Notes: generated from the letters alone by a model not told the origin. A stretch of DNA of 64,000 bases from Longimicrobiales bacterium (GCA_965220675.1 OZ244837.1:2421814-2485813), one strand, 5' to 3'. Shown: positions 8,642-19,283, counted from the stretch's first letter. Numbers and translations are program-made.

Positions 8642-9535
8642 TCAGCTGTCGTCCGGCGGCGCGGGAGCGATCCGGTCGGCCCGGAAGGAGGGTATCTCGA
8701 AGATATACGGGCTGGCCGGGGTGGAGACACGGAAGTTCGCCTCCTCCTCCACGAGCGCGACGGCCGCAACCTCGTTTCCCGCCGCGTCCATGGCCTGCAC
8801 AATGCGGTCCGGCTCGTCCGGCATCTCGGCATCCTGCGGGGCGAAGCCGCTCGCCCGCAACCCCGCCAGCTCCTGCAGCATGTTGCGAACCGCTGTGGCG
8901 TCGGCCTCTTCATCGCCCGTCGTCCACGTCGAATCCTGGCGTTCGTAGACAACCTGCCGGCCGTCCCTCGTGACACGAATGCTCGCCACCGCGGCGGTAT
9001 CCGCCTGGAGAACGATCTTGTTGCGCCAGTCGAAAAGCGGCCTTGCCGCGGCCGAACGCAGGTCACCTTCGATCAGGCTGACCCGATCCGCGTCCGGCAG
9101 CCGTGCGTACGAAGTGCGGAAGCGATTGCCGGCATTGCCAAGAAGCACCGTTCCGGCGCCGTCGGCGGTCAGTGCCCATGCGTCGTCGGCCGTGACCCCG
9201 AGCCGCGCGTGATTGGCCGGATTCGTGGCGACGACCGCGGCCACTTCCACCTCGTCGATCGCTCTCAGAAAACGGGCAACGGCGCTCGAATCGGCCTCGA
9301 AGCCGTTGACGGTCCACGCATCTCCACTGCGCTCCAGGCGGATCGTGTCCTCTGGACCCGCGATCTCGACGACCGAAAGGCTCTCGCCGTCCATGTCCGC
9401 GAAGGCTCCCGCCAGGTCGGAATCCGTCGTGTCCGCCCCGCCCCCCCCGCCACCGCCCGCCAGGCGGGCCACCAGGTACAGCGCAACGACCGCGCCCAGG
9501 AACCAGATCGAGGCGCGCAGGGACTTCTCACTCAT
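8642..9535 (-). CDS. DUF4340 domain protein (accessory to a GldG-type ABC system)
   Basis: It has an N-terminal TM anchor and a Gly7 linker. Its position immediately after a GldG-like gene, with overlapping stop and start, is the usual DUF4340 context. Confidence 0.65.
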   Translation of the reverse strand: MSEKSLRASIWFLGAVVALYLVARLAGGGGGGGADTTDSDLAGAFADMDGESLSVVEIAGPEDTIRLERSGDAWTVNGFEADSSAVARFLRAIDEVEVAAVVATNPANHARLGVTADDAWALTADGAGTVLLGNAGNRFRTSYARLPDADRVSLIEGDLRSAAARPLFDWRNKIVLQADTAAVASIRVTRDGRQVVYERQDSTWTTGDEEADATAVRNMLQELAGLRASGFAPQDAEMPDEPDRIVQAMDAAGNEVAAVALVEEEANFRVSTPASPYIFEIPSFRADRIAPAPPDDS

Positions 9536-11840
9536 CGTCCGACCCCCCTTCGCCGGCCTCGTGCCAGCGGCGTTCGGCGCGTGCCGTCCGCCCGTTCACG
9601 CGCATGAAGCCGAACAGCATGAACAGCACCGGCACCCCCACCAGCGACCCCCATTTCAGGGCGTTCTTTCCGGCTTCGGACTCGAACGCGAGGCTGGGAG
9701 GCGTGCGGTCCTTCGAGCGGATCCCGATCAGCGCCTCGTCCTGGGCAAGCCAGTCCACCGCGTTCGCCGCGAACACCAGGTTCTGCGAATTGGACTGCAC
9801 GAAACGGTCTTCCAGGAAGTCCCCGTCGCCCACCGCGATGATGCGGCCGCCCGCCCTCGGACCGGCGGGCATGTTCTGGTCCTCGTCCTCCACTTCGCCG
9901 TCGCCACCCTCGTCCTCGCCCCCGCCGTCCGCCGCCGACCGGTCCACCGCGACGGCGAAGGTGTGGATCCCCAGGTCGTCCTCGGTCACCCCGAGTTCCA
10001 TGCCCGGCGCGATCATGCCGCCCGGCGGCCTGCGCGCCCCACCCTCCGTGGTGTTCCACAGCGCGGTCACCGCCGGATCTCCCTCCTCCCATGTGAAGGG
10101 CGCGGCCCAGCCAAAGCTGACGTTCTCGAGGTCGCGGTTGGTGGCGTGATCGTCGCCCCGGAATGCCACGGGCCAGAGCGGATATGGGCGAACCACGTTG
10201 AAGATGCCCTGGCGCATCGAGACGCGCTCGGCCGACGCCAGGTCCACGACAAGGTCGCCGGACGCCTCGACGCCGCGCGCCGCCAGCAGATCCTCCAGCC
10301 CCGTGATCACCGGCATCGACGTCGGTGCCTGGGGGTTCATCGCGTGTCGCTCCATCAGGAGGAGCGCGGCCCCGCCGCCGTCCAGGTACCCGTCAATCGC
10401 GGCGGCGACCTCGGGAGACACGGGCTGCGCCGGAGCCGCAACCAGCAGCACGTCGATCGAATCGGGGGTCAGCGCGCCCGTCGAATCGTTCTGGATGTCG
10501 ATCGACGTCACGCCGTACCGGTCGCCGATGCTCTCGCGGAAACTCCGGTAGTAGAACGGGTCCTTGGCCTCGAAGCCGCTCATGAAGGCGAGCGTTGGGC
10601 GCTCGTCCGTGGTCATGTTGGCAATTGCCGACACGAGGCGGAATTCTAGGTCGTCGGCCCGGTCGATCACCGGGATGATCTCCTGCTCGTCGGCGTAGGT
10701 GACGGCGAGCCCGAAATAGCCGCGCTTCACCTGCAGCTCGTCGTCCCTCAGGACGTTGAACTCGATCGGCGCGATGCCCACCGAGGTCGCTTCGTCGGCC
10801 GCATCCTCACCATCGTCGGGGTTGATGATCGAGACCGCGAGCATGTCGTTGGACGCGTTCGCCAGGTCGGCGATCAGGTCGCGCACGTCGCGCTCGGTGA
10901 GCTGGATCTCCTGGGGCAGGTCGTCACTGACGAAAAAGCTGAGGTTGACGATGTCGTCCAGGCCGCCCAGGATGTCGCGGCTGCCGTCCGAGAGGGTGAA
11001 GAGGTCGCCACGGGTCAGGTCCAGACGCCCCCGCACGTGTCCGCCAAGCAGGTTGAGGACGAGCACGCCGAGGACGAGCACGCCGGTTCCCAGCCGCAGC
11101 CTCCGGTAGGCCTCACCCTCGCGGCTCAGGCGTTCGTGTCCGAGTGCGGCGACAGCCAGCAACAGGAACAGCCCGCACGTGGAGACGAAATAGAGGAGAT
11201 CGCGCAGATCGATCACGCCGCGCGCCACGTTCTCGAAGTGGCTCAGCACCGACAGCTGGACCGCCCAGCCGCCGATCAGGCGCGGCAGCCCGATCTGCAC
11301 GATCGGCGTCCCGATCAGTACCAGCATGAAGCACGTGAACGCCCCCGCGATGAACGCGGTGATCTGGTTGCGCGTCATGGACGACGCCCACACCCCTACC
11401 GACAGCATCTGGGCCGCCAGCAGCGACGCGCCCACGTACTGCGCGACCATGATGCCGGGGTCCGCTTCCGACGCCAACAGGACGCCAAGCGCCATGGGCA
11501 GCGTGCCCGCCAGCGTGATCAGGATGAAGAGCCAGCTTCCCAGGAACTTGCCGAGCACGATCTCGGTCTCGGTCAGCGGTTGTGCGAGCAGCCATTCCAG
11601 CGTTCTGCCCCTGCGCTCCTCGGCCAGGCTCTTCATCGCCACGGCCGGCACGAACACCACGAGCAGCCACGGCAGCAGGTCGAAGAACGGCCGCAGCGTC
11701 GCCGCCGACATGGCGTAGAGCGAGCGGAAGGCCATGTACAGCCCGAGGCCGAGGAATGCCACCGCGAGCACATAGGCGGTGGGCTGGTCGAAGAAGCTCC
11801 GCAGCTCCTTGCGTGCCACGAAAAGGATCTGCTTCATCAT
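9528..11840 (-). CDS. Fused ABC-2 type permease (GldF-like) and GldG-like ABC transport auxiliary protein
   Basis: The N-terminal ~240 aa form a polytopic ABC-2 permease. A large extracytoplasmic GldG-like domain follows, ending in a C-terminal TM helix. There is an ATGA overlap with the upstream ATPase gene. Confidence 0.7.
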   Translation of the reverse strand: MMKQILFVARKELRSFFDQPTAYVLAVAFLGLGLYMAFRSLYAMSAATLRPFFDLLPWLLVVFVPAVAMKSLAEERRGRTLEWLLAQPLTETEIVLGKFLGSWLFILITLAGTLPMALGVLLASEADPGIMVAQYVGASLLAAQMLSVGVWASSMTRNQITAFIAGAFTCFMLVLIGTPIVQIGLPRLIGGWAVQLSVLSHFENVARGVIDLRDLLYFVSTCGLFLLLAVAALGHERLSREGEAYRRLRLGTGVLVLGVLVLNLLGGHVRGRLDLTRGDLFTLSDGSRDILGGLDDIVNLSFFVSDDLPQEIQLTERDVRDLIADLANASNDMLAVSIINPDDGEDAADEATSVGIAPIEFNVLRDDELQVKRGYFGLAVTYADEQEIIPVIDRADDLEFRLVSAIANMTTDERPTLAFMSGFEAKDPFYYRSFRESIGDRYGVTSIDIQNDSTGALTPDSIDVLLVAAPAQPVSPEVAAAIDGYLDGGGAALLLMERHAMNPQAPTSMPVITGLEDLLAARGVEASGDLVVDLASAERVSMRQGIFNVVRPYPLWPVAFRGDDHATNRDLENVSFGWAAPFTWEEGDPAVTALWNTTEGGARRPPGGMIAPGMELGVTEDDLGIHTFAVAVDRSAADGGGEDEGGDGEVEDEDQNMPAGPRAGGRIIAVGDGDFLEDRFVQSNSQNLVFAANAVDWLAQDEALIGIRSKDRTPPSLAFESEAGKNALKWGSLVGVPVLFMLFGFMRVNGRTARAERRWHEAGEGGSDDE

Positions 11841-12805
11841 GCCTCGCTGTCCTCCTCTCCGGTGTCCTGCCCGTCCTCACCGCCGCTGTCCATGGTGAGC
11901 TCCCGGAATACCTGCTCAAGGGTGGCCCGCTCCCGGTGCAGCTCCCACAGAGTCCAGCCGCGCTCGGTTGCCAGTCTGAAGATCTCGGGGCGCAACTCCT
12001 GCTCGCCCGTCGTTTCGAGACGGACCCGGATCCGCCCGTTGACCGACTCGGCTGCGTGGTCGGCCACGCCGGGCAGCCCCTGCAGCGCCTCGGCCACGCC
12101 GTCGCCGGCAGCCTCGACGGTGTACCGCGAAATACTCCGCCCGGCATCCATCAGCTCTGCGACCGTCCCGTCGGCTGCAATCGCGCCCTTCGAGATGATC
12201 AGCAGCCGGTCGCAGGTGGCTTCGACCTCCTGCATGACGTGCGTGCTCAGAATGACCGTGCGGTCGCCCCCCAGCGAGTTGACGAGTTTCCGGATCTCGA
12301 CGCGCTGGTTGGGATCGAGCCCTTCGGTCGGCTCGTCCAGGACCAGGATCTCGGGCTCGTGCAGGATCGCGCCGGCCATGCCCGTGCGTTGCCGGAACCC
12401 TTTCGAAATTTCGCTGATCGGCCGGAAGAATACCTCTTCCAGGCCCGTCTCCTCCACCACTCTCTCGATCCCGGCCCGCCCCGCCGCTTCGTCCATGCCA
12501 CGCAACCGGGCGACGTACTCCAGAAACTCGCACACGAGCATGTCGTCATAGAGCGGATTCGCTTCGGGCAGGTACCCGACGCGCGTCTTTGCGCCCGTCA
12601 GGTCGTCCGAGATCGGTTTGCCGTCAAAGCAGATCGTGCCTTCGTCGGGCTGCAGCGTGCCGGTCAACATGCGCATCGTGGTGGTTTTTCCCGCCCCATT
12701 GGGGCCCAGGAACCCCACCACCTCGCCGCGGGCGACCTCGAAGCTCGCCCGGTCGACCGCCACGATGGAGCCGTAGCGTTTGGTGACGCCTTCCACGGAA
12801 ATCAT
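11837..12805 (-). CDS. ABC transporter ATP-binding protein (GldA/ABC-2 type)
   Basis: Walker A is GFLGPNGAGKTTT and Walker B is LVLDEPTEGLD. The ATG at 12805 is preceded by AAGGAGG. The track's 41-codon extension is unsupported. Confidence 0.9.
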   Translation of the reverse strand: MISVEGVTKRYGSIVAVDRASFEVARGEVVGFLGPNGAGKTTTMRMLTGTLQPDEGTICFDGKPISDDLTGAKTRVGYLPEANPLYDDMLVCEFLEYVARLRGMDEAAGRAGIERVVEETGLEEVFFRPISEISKGFRQRTGMAGAILHEPEILVLDEPTEGLDPNQRVEIRKLVNSLGGDRTVILSTHVMQEVEATCDRLLIISKGAIAADGTVAELMDAGRSISRYTVEAAGDGVAEALQGLPGVADHAAESVNGRIRVRLETTGEQELRPEIFRLATERGWTLWELHRERATLEQVFRELTMDSGGEDGQDTGEEDSEA

Positions 12806-13141
12806 GCATCCTCCTTTGTTGCCGGAAGGGATTCTATGCGGTTCCGCGATGCCTGTCCAGATCCTTCCGACGCCGTCGCTTTGACCGACTCCGGGAGGCG
12901 GATTCCGGGTTGCCCCTGACACGTCCACGGACCCCCCGCGGGCTTGTCACGCGGCCCCCAGAACCGCACTTTGTGGAACAACCGGAGTTACGATTTCGTT
13001 ACGGTCCCATGACCGCTTCCGTGCCGCTCCTCGCGTATCGTTTCCAGACGGCGGCCAGCGGAGGCGGGGCCGTCGAATACGACACGACGCAGAAAGGCGT
13101 TGCCGGGGCAGCGCCTGAACCAGCAAGGGGAGGAAATCCGG

Positions 13142-15892
13142 ATGAAGCAACTTCGTTTAATGCCATTCCTGCTGTTCCTGGCGCTTCCGCTGAGCGCCCA
13201 GCAGACGGGTACGGTCACGGGCATGGTGACGGCCGATGGATCCGGCCTGGGCAGCGCCCAGGTGGTTCTGTCCCAGTCCGTCACCGGCGCCCAGTACGGT
13301 GGCCTGACCGATGACAGCGGACGCTACAACGTGATGGGTGTGCCGGCCGGCTCGTACAGCATCAGCGTCCAGTTGATCGGCTACACCACTGCCAGTCAGC
13401 AGGTGACCATCGAGGCCGGCGGAACTGCCACCCTCGACTTCGCGCTGACCCCCACGGCCCTGGCGCTCGGGGGCATCGAAGTCCTGGCCGAGCGCGCCGA
13501 GGAGCGCCGCACGCCCGTCGCCTTCACCGATGTCTCGAAGACCGAGATCCAGGCCCAGCTCGGCTCGCGCGACCTGCCACTGGTCCTGAACATCACCCCG
13601 TCGGTCTACGCGACCGCACAGGGCGGCGGAGCAGGCGACGCGCGCATCAACGTGCGCGGATTCAACCAGCGCAACACCGCCGTGATGATGAACGGCGTGC
13701 CCGTCAACGACATGGAAAACGGCTGGGTCTACTGGTCCAACTGGGACGGAGTCGGTGACGCCGCCACCAGCATCCAGCTCCAGCGCGGCCTCAGCGCGGT
13801 CAATCTCGCCACGCCGTCCATCGGCGGGACCTTGAACGTCATCACCGACCCGAGCGCACTGAACCCGGGATACACCCTCATGCAGGAGTTCGGCTCGGGC
13901 AACTTCCTCAAGACGACCATGACCGCCTCGACCGGGCCGATCGGGAATTTCTCCATGACGGCTTCGGGGATCCGCAAGACCGGCGACGGCATCATTGATG
14001 GCGTGTGGACCGACGCGTGGGCCTTCTACCTCGCTTCGCAGTACAAGTTCAGCGATCGGAACCGGCTCGAGTTCTACGCCCTGGGGGCGCCGCAGCGCCA
14101 CGGGCAGCGGCTGTACAAGCTCAACGTCGCTACGATCGACCGGGAATTCGCGGCTTCGCTGGACGGCTTTGACCGGGCGGCGCTGGACCACTTCTCGACC
14201 GAGGCCGGGCGCTTCTGGAACCCGAACGTCGGTGGCGTAGATCCCAGCTACAACGGACGCCAGTTCAACAGCACCGGCCCTGGCGCGGGCGTCTCCAGCC
14301 GCTTCGGCAGCAACTTCCTCAACGAGCGCGAGAACTACTTCTACAAGCCCCAGGTCAACATGAACTGGTATTCGTACCTGGGCGACGGCCTCACGGCCAA
14401 CACCGTGGCGTACTACTCCGGCGGCAACGGAGGCGGCACCGGCACCTACGGGTCGCTGCGCTGGGACTACACCTACGGCCAGCGCTACGCCGACTGGAAC
14501 GCGACGATCGCGCGCAACCGCGGCAGCGATAACGGCGGGTCCTTCGGCATCCTGCGGAATTCGGTGAACAACCAGGACACCTGGGGCGTCATCAGCAGTC
14601 TGCAGAAGGAATTCGACAACGGCCTGAACACGGTCGTCGGCATAGACTGGCGAACCGCGACCATCGAGCACTATCGCGAAGTGCGCGACCTGCTCGGCGG
14701 CTCGTTCTACAACGATTGTTTCCGCGGCTGCAGCTCCGACTTCTGGAGCGAGGCGCAGGGCGACCGGCGCCTGGGCGACAAGATCAACTATCACAACGAG
14801 AACGACGTCAACTGGATCGGCGCCCACCTCCAGGCCGAGAAATCATCGCTCGATGGATCCTATTACGGCATGATCGGCGTTTCGAGGATCTCGTACGACT
14901 TCCAGGATTTCTTCACCAGGGGCCCCACCGGCGGGAATCTCACGTTGGCCAGCGGCGGCCTCACCGGCTACCAGCTCAAGGGCGGCGCGATGCGTAACGT
15001 CAGCCCCGAGTGGTCCGTCTACGGCAACGCCGGGCTGGTCTCCAAGGTGCCGATTTTCGACGGCGTCATCGACGACAATCGCGGGATCCTCAACCCGGAT
15101 CCCACGAACGAGACCTTCACATCCTTTGAGGCGGGCACGCGCTTCCGCTCCCTGAACCGGCAGGTCTCGCTGGACGCCAACCTCTACTTCACCCAGTGGA
15201 ACGACCGGACCCGCAACCTGTTCATTCGCAACCTCCTTGGGGACAACCAGGACGGGCTCGTCAACCTGCTGGGCGTCGATGCACGTCACATGGGATTCGA
15301 AATCGAAGCCGCCTTCCAGCCGGCCGACTGGATGCGTTTCGACGGCGCGTTTTCGTACGGCGACTGGAAGTACACCAACGATCCCACGGGCACCTACAAG
15401 CCCGACGACCGTCAGGCCGAGACGCTGGAGTACAACTTCTACCTGAACGGGTTGTATGTCGGCGACGCGCCGCAGGTTCAGGTGGCGTACGCGCTGTCGG
15501 TGTTCCCGTCCGGGGGGTTCTACGGGCGTCTGGTGGGCCGGACCTACGGCAAGCACTACGCGAACTTCGATCCCTTCGGCCGCACCAGCGACGTGGACTC
15601 CGGCATCCAGTCCTGGAGCCCGCCGGGGTACACCGTCTACGACCTCCACACGTCCTACCGGCTCCCGTCCGAGTTGGCCGCAGCGTTTGGCGGCAACGTG
15701 CAGATCTTCCTGCACGTGCTCAACCTGCTGGACACGGTGTACATCCAGGACGCGCAGGACAACTCCCGTTTCAACGGCTACTGGGACGCCGGCGAGCGCG
15801 AGCGCGGACAGCTGAGCCACAAGGCCGACGACGCCGAAGTGTTCCTGGGCTACCCGCGGTCGCTCAACTTCGGGTTCCGGATCTCCCACTAG
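13142..15892 (+). CDS. TonB-dependent receptor with an N-terminal carboxypeptidase-regulatory-like domain
   Basis: It has a signal peptide (MKQLRLMPFLLFLALPLSAQQ), a CarbopepD_reg-like GTVTGMV..GVPAGSYSISVQLIGY segment, a plug (RINVRGFNQRNTAVMMNGVPVND) and a long beta-barrel. GGAGG lies upstream of the ATG at 13142. Confidence 0.85.
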   Translation: MKQLRLMPFLLFLALPLSAQQTGTVTGMVTADGSGLGSAQVVLSQSVTGAQYGGLTDDSGRYNVMGVPAGSYSISVQLIGYTTASQQVTIEAGGTATLDFALTPTALALGGIEVLAERAEERRTPVAFTDVSKTEIQAQLGSRDLPLVLNITPSVYATAQGGGAGDARINVRGFNQRNTAVMMNGVPVNDMENGWVYWSNWDGVGDAATSIQLQRGLSAVNLATPSIGGTLNVITDPSALNPGYTLMQEFGSGNFLKTTMTASTGPIGNFSMTASGIRKTGDGIIDGVWTDAWAFYLASQYKFSDRNRLEFYALGAPQRHGQRLYKLNVATIDREFAASLDGFDRAALDHFSTEAGRFWNPNVGGVDPSYNGRQFNSTGPGAGVSSRFGSNFLNERENYFYKPQVNMNWYSYLGDGLTANTVAYYSGGNGGGTGTYGSLRWDYTYGQRYADWNATIARNRGSDNGGSFGILRNSVNNQDTWGVISSLQKEFDNGLNTVVGIDWRTATIEHYREVRDLLGGSFYNDCFRGCSSDFWSEAQGDRRLGDKINYHNENDVNWIGAHLQAEKSSLDGSYYGMIGVSRISYDFQDFFTRGPTGGNLTLASGGLTGYQLKGGAMRNVSPEWSVYGNAGLVSKVPIFDGVIDDNRGILNPDPTNETFTSFEAGTRFRSLNRQVSLDANLYFTQWNDRTRNLFIRNLLGDNQDGLVNLLGVDARHMGFEIEAAFQPADWMRFDGAFSYGDWKYTNDPTGTYKPDDRQAETLEYNFYLNGLYVGDAPQVQVAYALSVFPSGGFYGRLVGRTYGKHYANFDPFGRTSDVDSGIQSWSPPGYTVYDLHTSYRLPSELAAAFGGNVQIFLHVLNLLDTVYIQDAQDNSRFNGYWDAGERERGQLSHKADDAEVFLGYPRSLNFGFRISH

Positions 15893-15953
15893 CGGTTTTT
15901 GGACTGAAGGGCGGCGATGGCCGGGCGGCGGCCCGGTCCTCGCCCGCCTGCAG

Positions 15954-15983
15954 GGCCCCCGCGCCGATGCCGGCGCGGGGGCC
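15954..15983. terminator. Perfect 13-bp GC hairpin between convergent genes (candidate bidirectional terminator)
   Basis: GGCCCCCGCGCCG-atgc-CGGCGCGGGGGCC, checked base by base. It sits between the receptor stop (15892) and the hydrolase stop (16060). It has no clear U-tract. Confidence 0.45.
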
Positions 15984-16059
15984 TTCGCATTCAGGGGGGA
16001 GATGACCGCCGAGCCGGCCCGGCGAGTCGGGCAACCGGTGGCCTCCCGCCCGGGCGCGG

Positions 16060-16953
16060 TCACCCCAACCCGGCAACCAGCAGCCCCAGCAGCGCCTCCG
16101 GGTTCTCCGTGTTCACCCAGTGCCCGCCGTCGACCTCGTGCAGGAACACCCGCCCGGTATCGCGCCCCGCCGCCCGGATGCGTCCCGCCGCCGACCGGAT
16201 CCGCCGGACCGCCACATCGTCCAGCACGCTCGATCCCAGCGCCCTGACGAAGTGCACCGAGGCCCCCTCGGGTGGGGCGGCAGCCACATCCCACGCGTCC
16301 GTGCGGAAGTAGTCCCGCAGGTAGGCCTCCATCTGGTCGGGGTCGATCCGCCACCTCAGCCCGGTGTCGGTGCGCACGGCGTTGGTGGCCATCCAGTTCG
16401 CCACCAGGGGCGCGAACCCCTCCGACGCGACCGCGTCGACCGCCTCGGCACGGCTGCCGAACGGGCCCGGATGCCGCCGCAACATCCCGAGCATCCGCCA
16501 CGCGCTTCCTCCGGGACGGCCGGCGCCCGGCGACGAATCCACGATCCACAGCTGGAGGGCGGAGCCGGGCCGCTGGAGCGCGCCGCCCGTCGCGCCGCCA
16601 CCGCCCGCCCGACCCTGGAGCGCGCCGCCCGCCCCCCGCCCCCGCGCGTACAGCAGCGCCACCTTCCCCCCGAACGAGTGCCCCAGCACGGCGTCGGCTG
16701 CGCGGCCGAGGTGGTCCTCCAGATCCAGCAGGTCGGCTGCGCAGCATGCAAGCGTGTGCGGCGCCAGCGCGGGCGACTGCCCGTGCGAGCGCAGGTCCAC
16801 CAGCACGACCCGCCAGTCCGGCCGGGCCCGCACCAGCCGGCGCGCCACGCTGCCCCAGTTCCGGCCCGCGCCGTAGATGCCGTGCAGCAGCAGCATCTGG
16901 CGGGACGGCACGGCCCCGGGCGCTTCAACGATTTCATGGTGCAGGGTGGTCAT
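16060..16953 (-). CDS. Alpha/beta-fold hydrolase
   Basis: It has HGIYGAGRNW (oxyanion region), the nucleophile elbow GHSFGG and a C-terminal GGHW histidine region. The ATG is at 16953. Confidence 0.8.
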   Translation of the reverse strand: MTTLHHEIVEAPGAVPSRQMLLLHGIYGAGRNWGSVARRLVRARPDWRVVLVDLRSHGQSPALAPHTLACCAADLLDLEDHLGRAADAVLGHSFGGKVALLYARGRGAGGALQGRAGGGGATGGALQRPGSALQLWIVDSSPGAGRPGGSAWRMLGMLRRHPGPFGSRAEAVDAVASEGFAPLVANWMATNAVRTDTGLRWRIDPDQMEAYLRDYFRTDAWDVAAAPPEGASVHFVRALGSSVLDDVAVRRIRSAAGRIRAAGRDTGRVFLHEVDGGHWVNTENPEALLGLLVAGLG

Positions 16954-16958
16954 GAAGT

Positions 16959-19283
16959 ATGTTATCAGCGGCGCGCGGCTTTCCCCGCGCCGACACGCCA
17001 GCCAGCGGAACGACCAGCCACCACGTGAAACCGACTCGAACCTCCCTTCTGGCCGCACCCCTCCTCGCGGCATTCCTGGCGTGGCCGGGCGGCCTGAGTG
17101 GCCAACTCCGCCCTGTACAACCCTCACCCGACTCCCCCGTCACGATCCCACGCCTCTCGGGCGAGATCGTGCTGGACGGCGTCGTTGACGAGGCGGCCTG
17201 GGACGAGGTCGCGCCGCTGGCGATGACCATGTACTCGCCCAACTTCGGGGGTCCCCTCACCGAGCAGACGGAAGTGCGCATCGCGCACGACGACCGCTAC
17301 CTGTACGTCTCGGGGCGCATGTGGGACTCCGAGCCCGACGGGATTCGGACCGGCACCCTCTACCGCGACCAGTACAGCGGCGACGACATCCTGTCCATCG
17401 TCATCGACAGCTACAACGACTACGAGACCGCGGTCTGGTTCACCGCCAACCCGTCAGGGGTGCGGCAGGACCGGACGATGTCGAACGACGCCGAGTTCAC
17501 AAGCGGCATGCCGATGAACTGGGAGTGGAACTCGCACTGGGACGTGGCGACCACGCAGACCGCCGAGGGCTGGTTCGCCGAGTTCAGGATCCCGTTCTCG
17601 ACCCTGGGGTTCCAGGTGACCGGGGGCGAGGTGACGATGGGTCTGATCGCCTACCGCGTGGTCGCGCGCAAGAACGAGCGGCAGATCTTCCCGGCGATCG
17701 ATCCCGGCTGGGGACGGCTCGGATTCGCGAAGCCGTCGCAGGCCCAGCGCGTGGTGCTGCGGGACGTGCGGCAGTCCGCACCGGTGTACATGACCCCGTT
17801 CTCGGTCGCGGGCTTCAACCAGAACCCCGTGCTTGCCGAGCCGCCCGACGTGCCGCGGGCGGAGTGGCGCAGCGAGCGGGATCCCACCGCCGAGGCGGGG
17901 ATCGACATCAAGTACTCGCCCACCTCGAACCTGGCGCTCGACCTCACCGTCAACACCGACTTCGCGCAGGTCGAGGCCGACGACCAGCAGATCAATCTGA
18001 CCCGCTTCGCGCTCTTCTTCCCCGAGAAGCGCCAGTTCTTCCAGGAGCGCGCCTCGACCTTCGACTTCAACACCGGCGGCATGTTCAACCGGCTCTTTCA
18101 CAGCCGCCGGATCGGGCTGCACCAGGGCGAAATCGTGCGCATCTACGGTGGTGCGCGGGCGGTGGGACGCTGGGCGGGCACCGACTTCGGCTTCCTGAGC
18201 ATGCAGATTGCCCCGCACGACGGCCTGTCCTCCGAGAATCTCGGAGTGGTTCGCCTGCGGCAGCAGGTGATCGACGAGTTCTCGAGCATCGGCGGCATGC
18301 TCACCACGCGTCTGGGAACGGCTGGCCGGAACAACACGGCCTACGGCCTGGACGCCGTCCTGCGGTGGCTGGGCAACGAGTACGTCGTGCTCCAGTGGGC
18401 CCAGACCTTCGACGAGGCGGCGAGCCAGGCAGGGGGAGCGGAGTCGGGACTCGCGAGGGTCCGGCTCGAGCGCCGGCTCGACGACGGGTTTTCCTACTAC
18501 GCGGAGGGGATCCGGGTAGGGGCCGACTACCTGCCGGGCCTCGGGTTCCAGCTGCGGAAGGACTTCTCCTACGGGGGCGCGCAACTGCGCTACCGCCAGC
18601 TCCAGGACGATGGGTCGCTGCTGGCCCGCGCCCTGCAGATCGGCACGGCGCAGTACTTCCGCAACGCGGACCGAAGCGCCGAGTCCCGCGAAGTGAAGCC
18701 CGAAATCGAACTCGACTTCCGCGACGGGTCGAACCTCCTGTTCGGTGCCCTGTCGAGTTTCGAGAGCGTGCGCGAACCGTTCCCGATATCCGACGTGGTG
18801 ATCCCGGCAGGCGAGTACTGGTTCCACGAGGCGACCGCGATGCTCAGGCTGCCCCGCAGCGACCTGTTCCGAGGCGAATTCGAAGCGTCGGCCGGGAGCT
18901 TCTACGACGGCAGCCGCCTGCGGCTGATGGTGGCTCCCGTGTGGGTTGTGTCCAAGCATCTGGAGCTTGAAACAGGCTACGAGGTCAATCGACTGGACTT
19001 TGCGGACCGCGGGATCGCGACCACCGTCCAGCTGGGACGCCTGCGCGTCAAGACCGCGCTGAACCCCAGGGTGTCGATGAGCACCTTCGGCCAGTACAAC
19101 AGCGCCACGGACCAGACGAGCCTCAACGTGCGCTTCCGGTATCACTTCCGGGAGGGCACCGACCTGTGGATCGTCTACAACGAGGGCTTCTACAACGAAC
19201 GCGACGCCGGGTTGGGGCCGCGGCTGCCCCTATCGGCTGGCCGGGCGGTGTTCGTGAAGTACACGCACACGTTTGCGAGGTGA
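16959..19283 (+). CDS. CBM9-like / DUF5916 domain outer-membrane-associated protein
   Basis: The N-terminal CBM9-like module is IPRLSGEIVLDGVVDEAAWDEV...GWFAEFRIPFSTL. A long beta-rich DUF5916-like region follows. The true start may be the GTG at 17025, which precedes the signal-like LLAAPLLAAFLAWPG. Confidence 0.65.
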   Translation: MLSAARGFPRADTPASGTTSHHVKPTRTSLLAAPLLAAFLAWPGGLSGQLRPVQPSPDSPVTIPRLSGEIVLDGVVDEAAWDEVAPLAMTMYSPNFGGPLTEQTEVRIAHDDRYLYVSGRMWDSEPDGIRTGTLYRDQYSGDDILSIVIDSYNDYETAVWFTANPSGVRQDRTMSNDAEFTSGMPMNWEWNSHWDVATTQTAEGWFAEFRIPFSTLGFQVTGGEVTMGLIAYRVVARKNERQIFPAIDPGWGRLGFAKPSQAQRVVLRDVRQSAPVYMTPFSVAGFNQNPVLAEPPDVPRAEWRSERDPTAEAGIDIKYSPTSNLALDLTVNTDFAQVEADDQQINLTRFALFFPEKRQFFQERASTFDFNTGGMFNRLFHSRRIGLHQGEIVRIYGGARAVGRWAGTDFGFLSMQIAPHDGLSSENLGVVRLRQQVIDEFSSIGGMLTTRLGTAGRNNTAYGLDAVLRWLGNEYVVLQWAQTFDEAASQAGGAESGLARVRLERRLDDGFSYYAEGIRVGADYLPGLGFQLRKDFSYGGAQLRYRQLQDDGSLLARALQIGTAQYFRNADRSAESREVKPEIELDFRDGSNLLFGALSSFESVREPFPISDVVIPAGEYWFHEATAMLRLPRSDLFRGEFEASAGSFYDGSRLRLMVAPVWVVSKHLELETGYEVNRLDFADRGIATTVQLGRLRVKTALNPRVSMSTFGQYNSATDQTSLNVRFRYHFREGTDLWIVYNEGFYNERDAGLGPRLPLSAGRAVFVKYTHTFAR

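Noticed and set aside
6847-8973. A 708-aa ORF on the plus strand, antisense to the GMC oxidoreductase gene
   Set aside because: Its composition is dominated by Arg/Gly/Ala/Val/His/Pro with no recognisable motifs. The opposite strand carries a clear GMC flavoprotein. This is a typical high-GC shadow ORF.
6832-9066. Long N-terminal extensions offered by the track for the GMC oxidoreductase (to 9066), the gamma subunit (to 6976), the ABC ATPase (to 12928), the LivG-like gene (from 40631), the AMP-ligase (from 41461), glnN (from 26078) and the MCO (from 24108)
   Set aside because: In each case the conserved family N-terminus starts at an internal ATG or GTG with a Shine-Dalgarno sequence or a stop/start overlap. 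The extension is Arg/Pro-rich and overlaps the neighbouring gene.
9441-9448. Homopolymer runs considered as phase-variation switches: C8 at 9441-9448, and G8 at 57264-57271
   Set aside because: They encode Gly and Pro runs in linker regions of a GC-rich genome, and the frames are intact. A single sequence gives no evidence of length variation.
12806-13141. A possible cobalamin or other riboswitch in the 336-bp leader of the TonB-dependent receptor gene
   Set aside because: I found no B12-box (AGYCMGG...GCCACUG-like) or other conserved riboswitch core. It is probably just a divergent promoter region.
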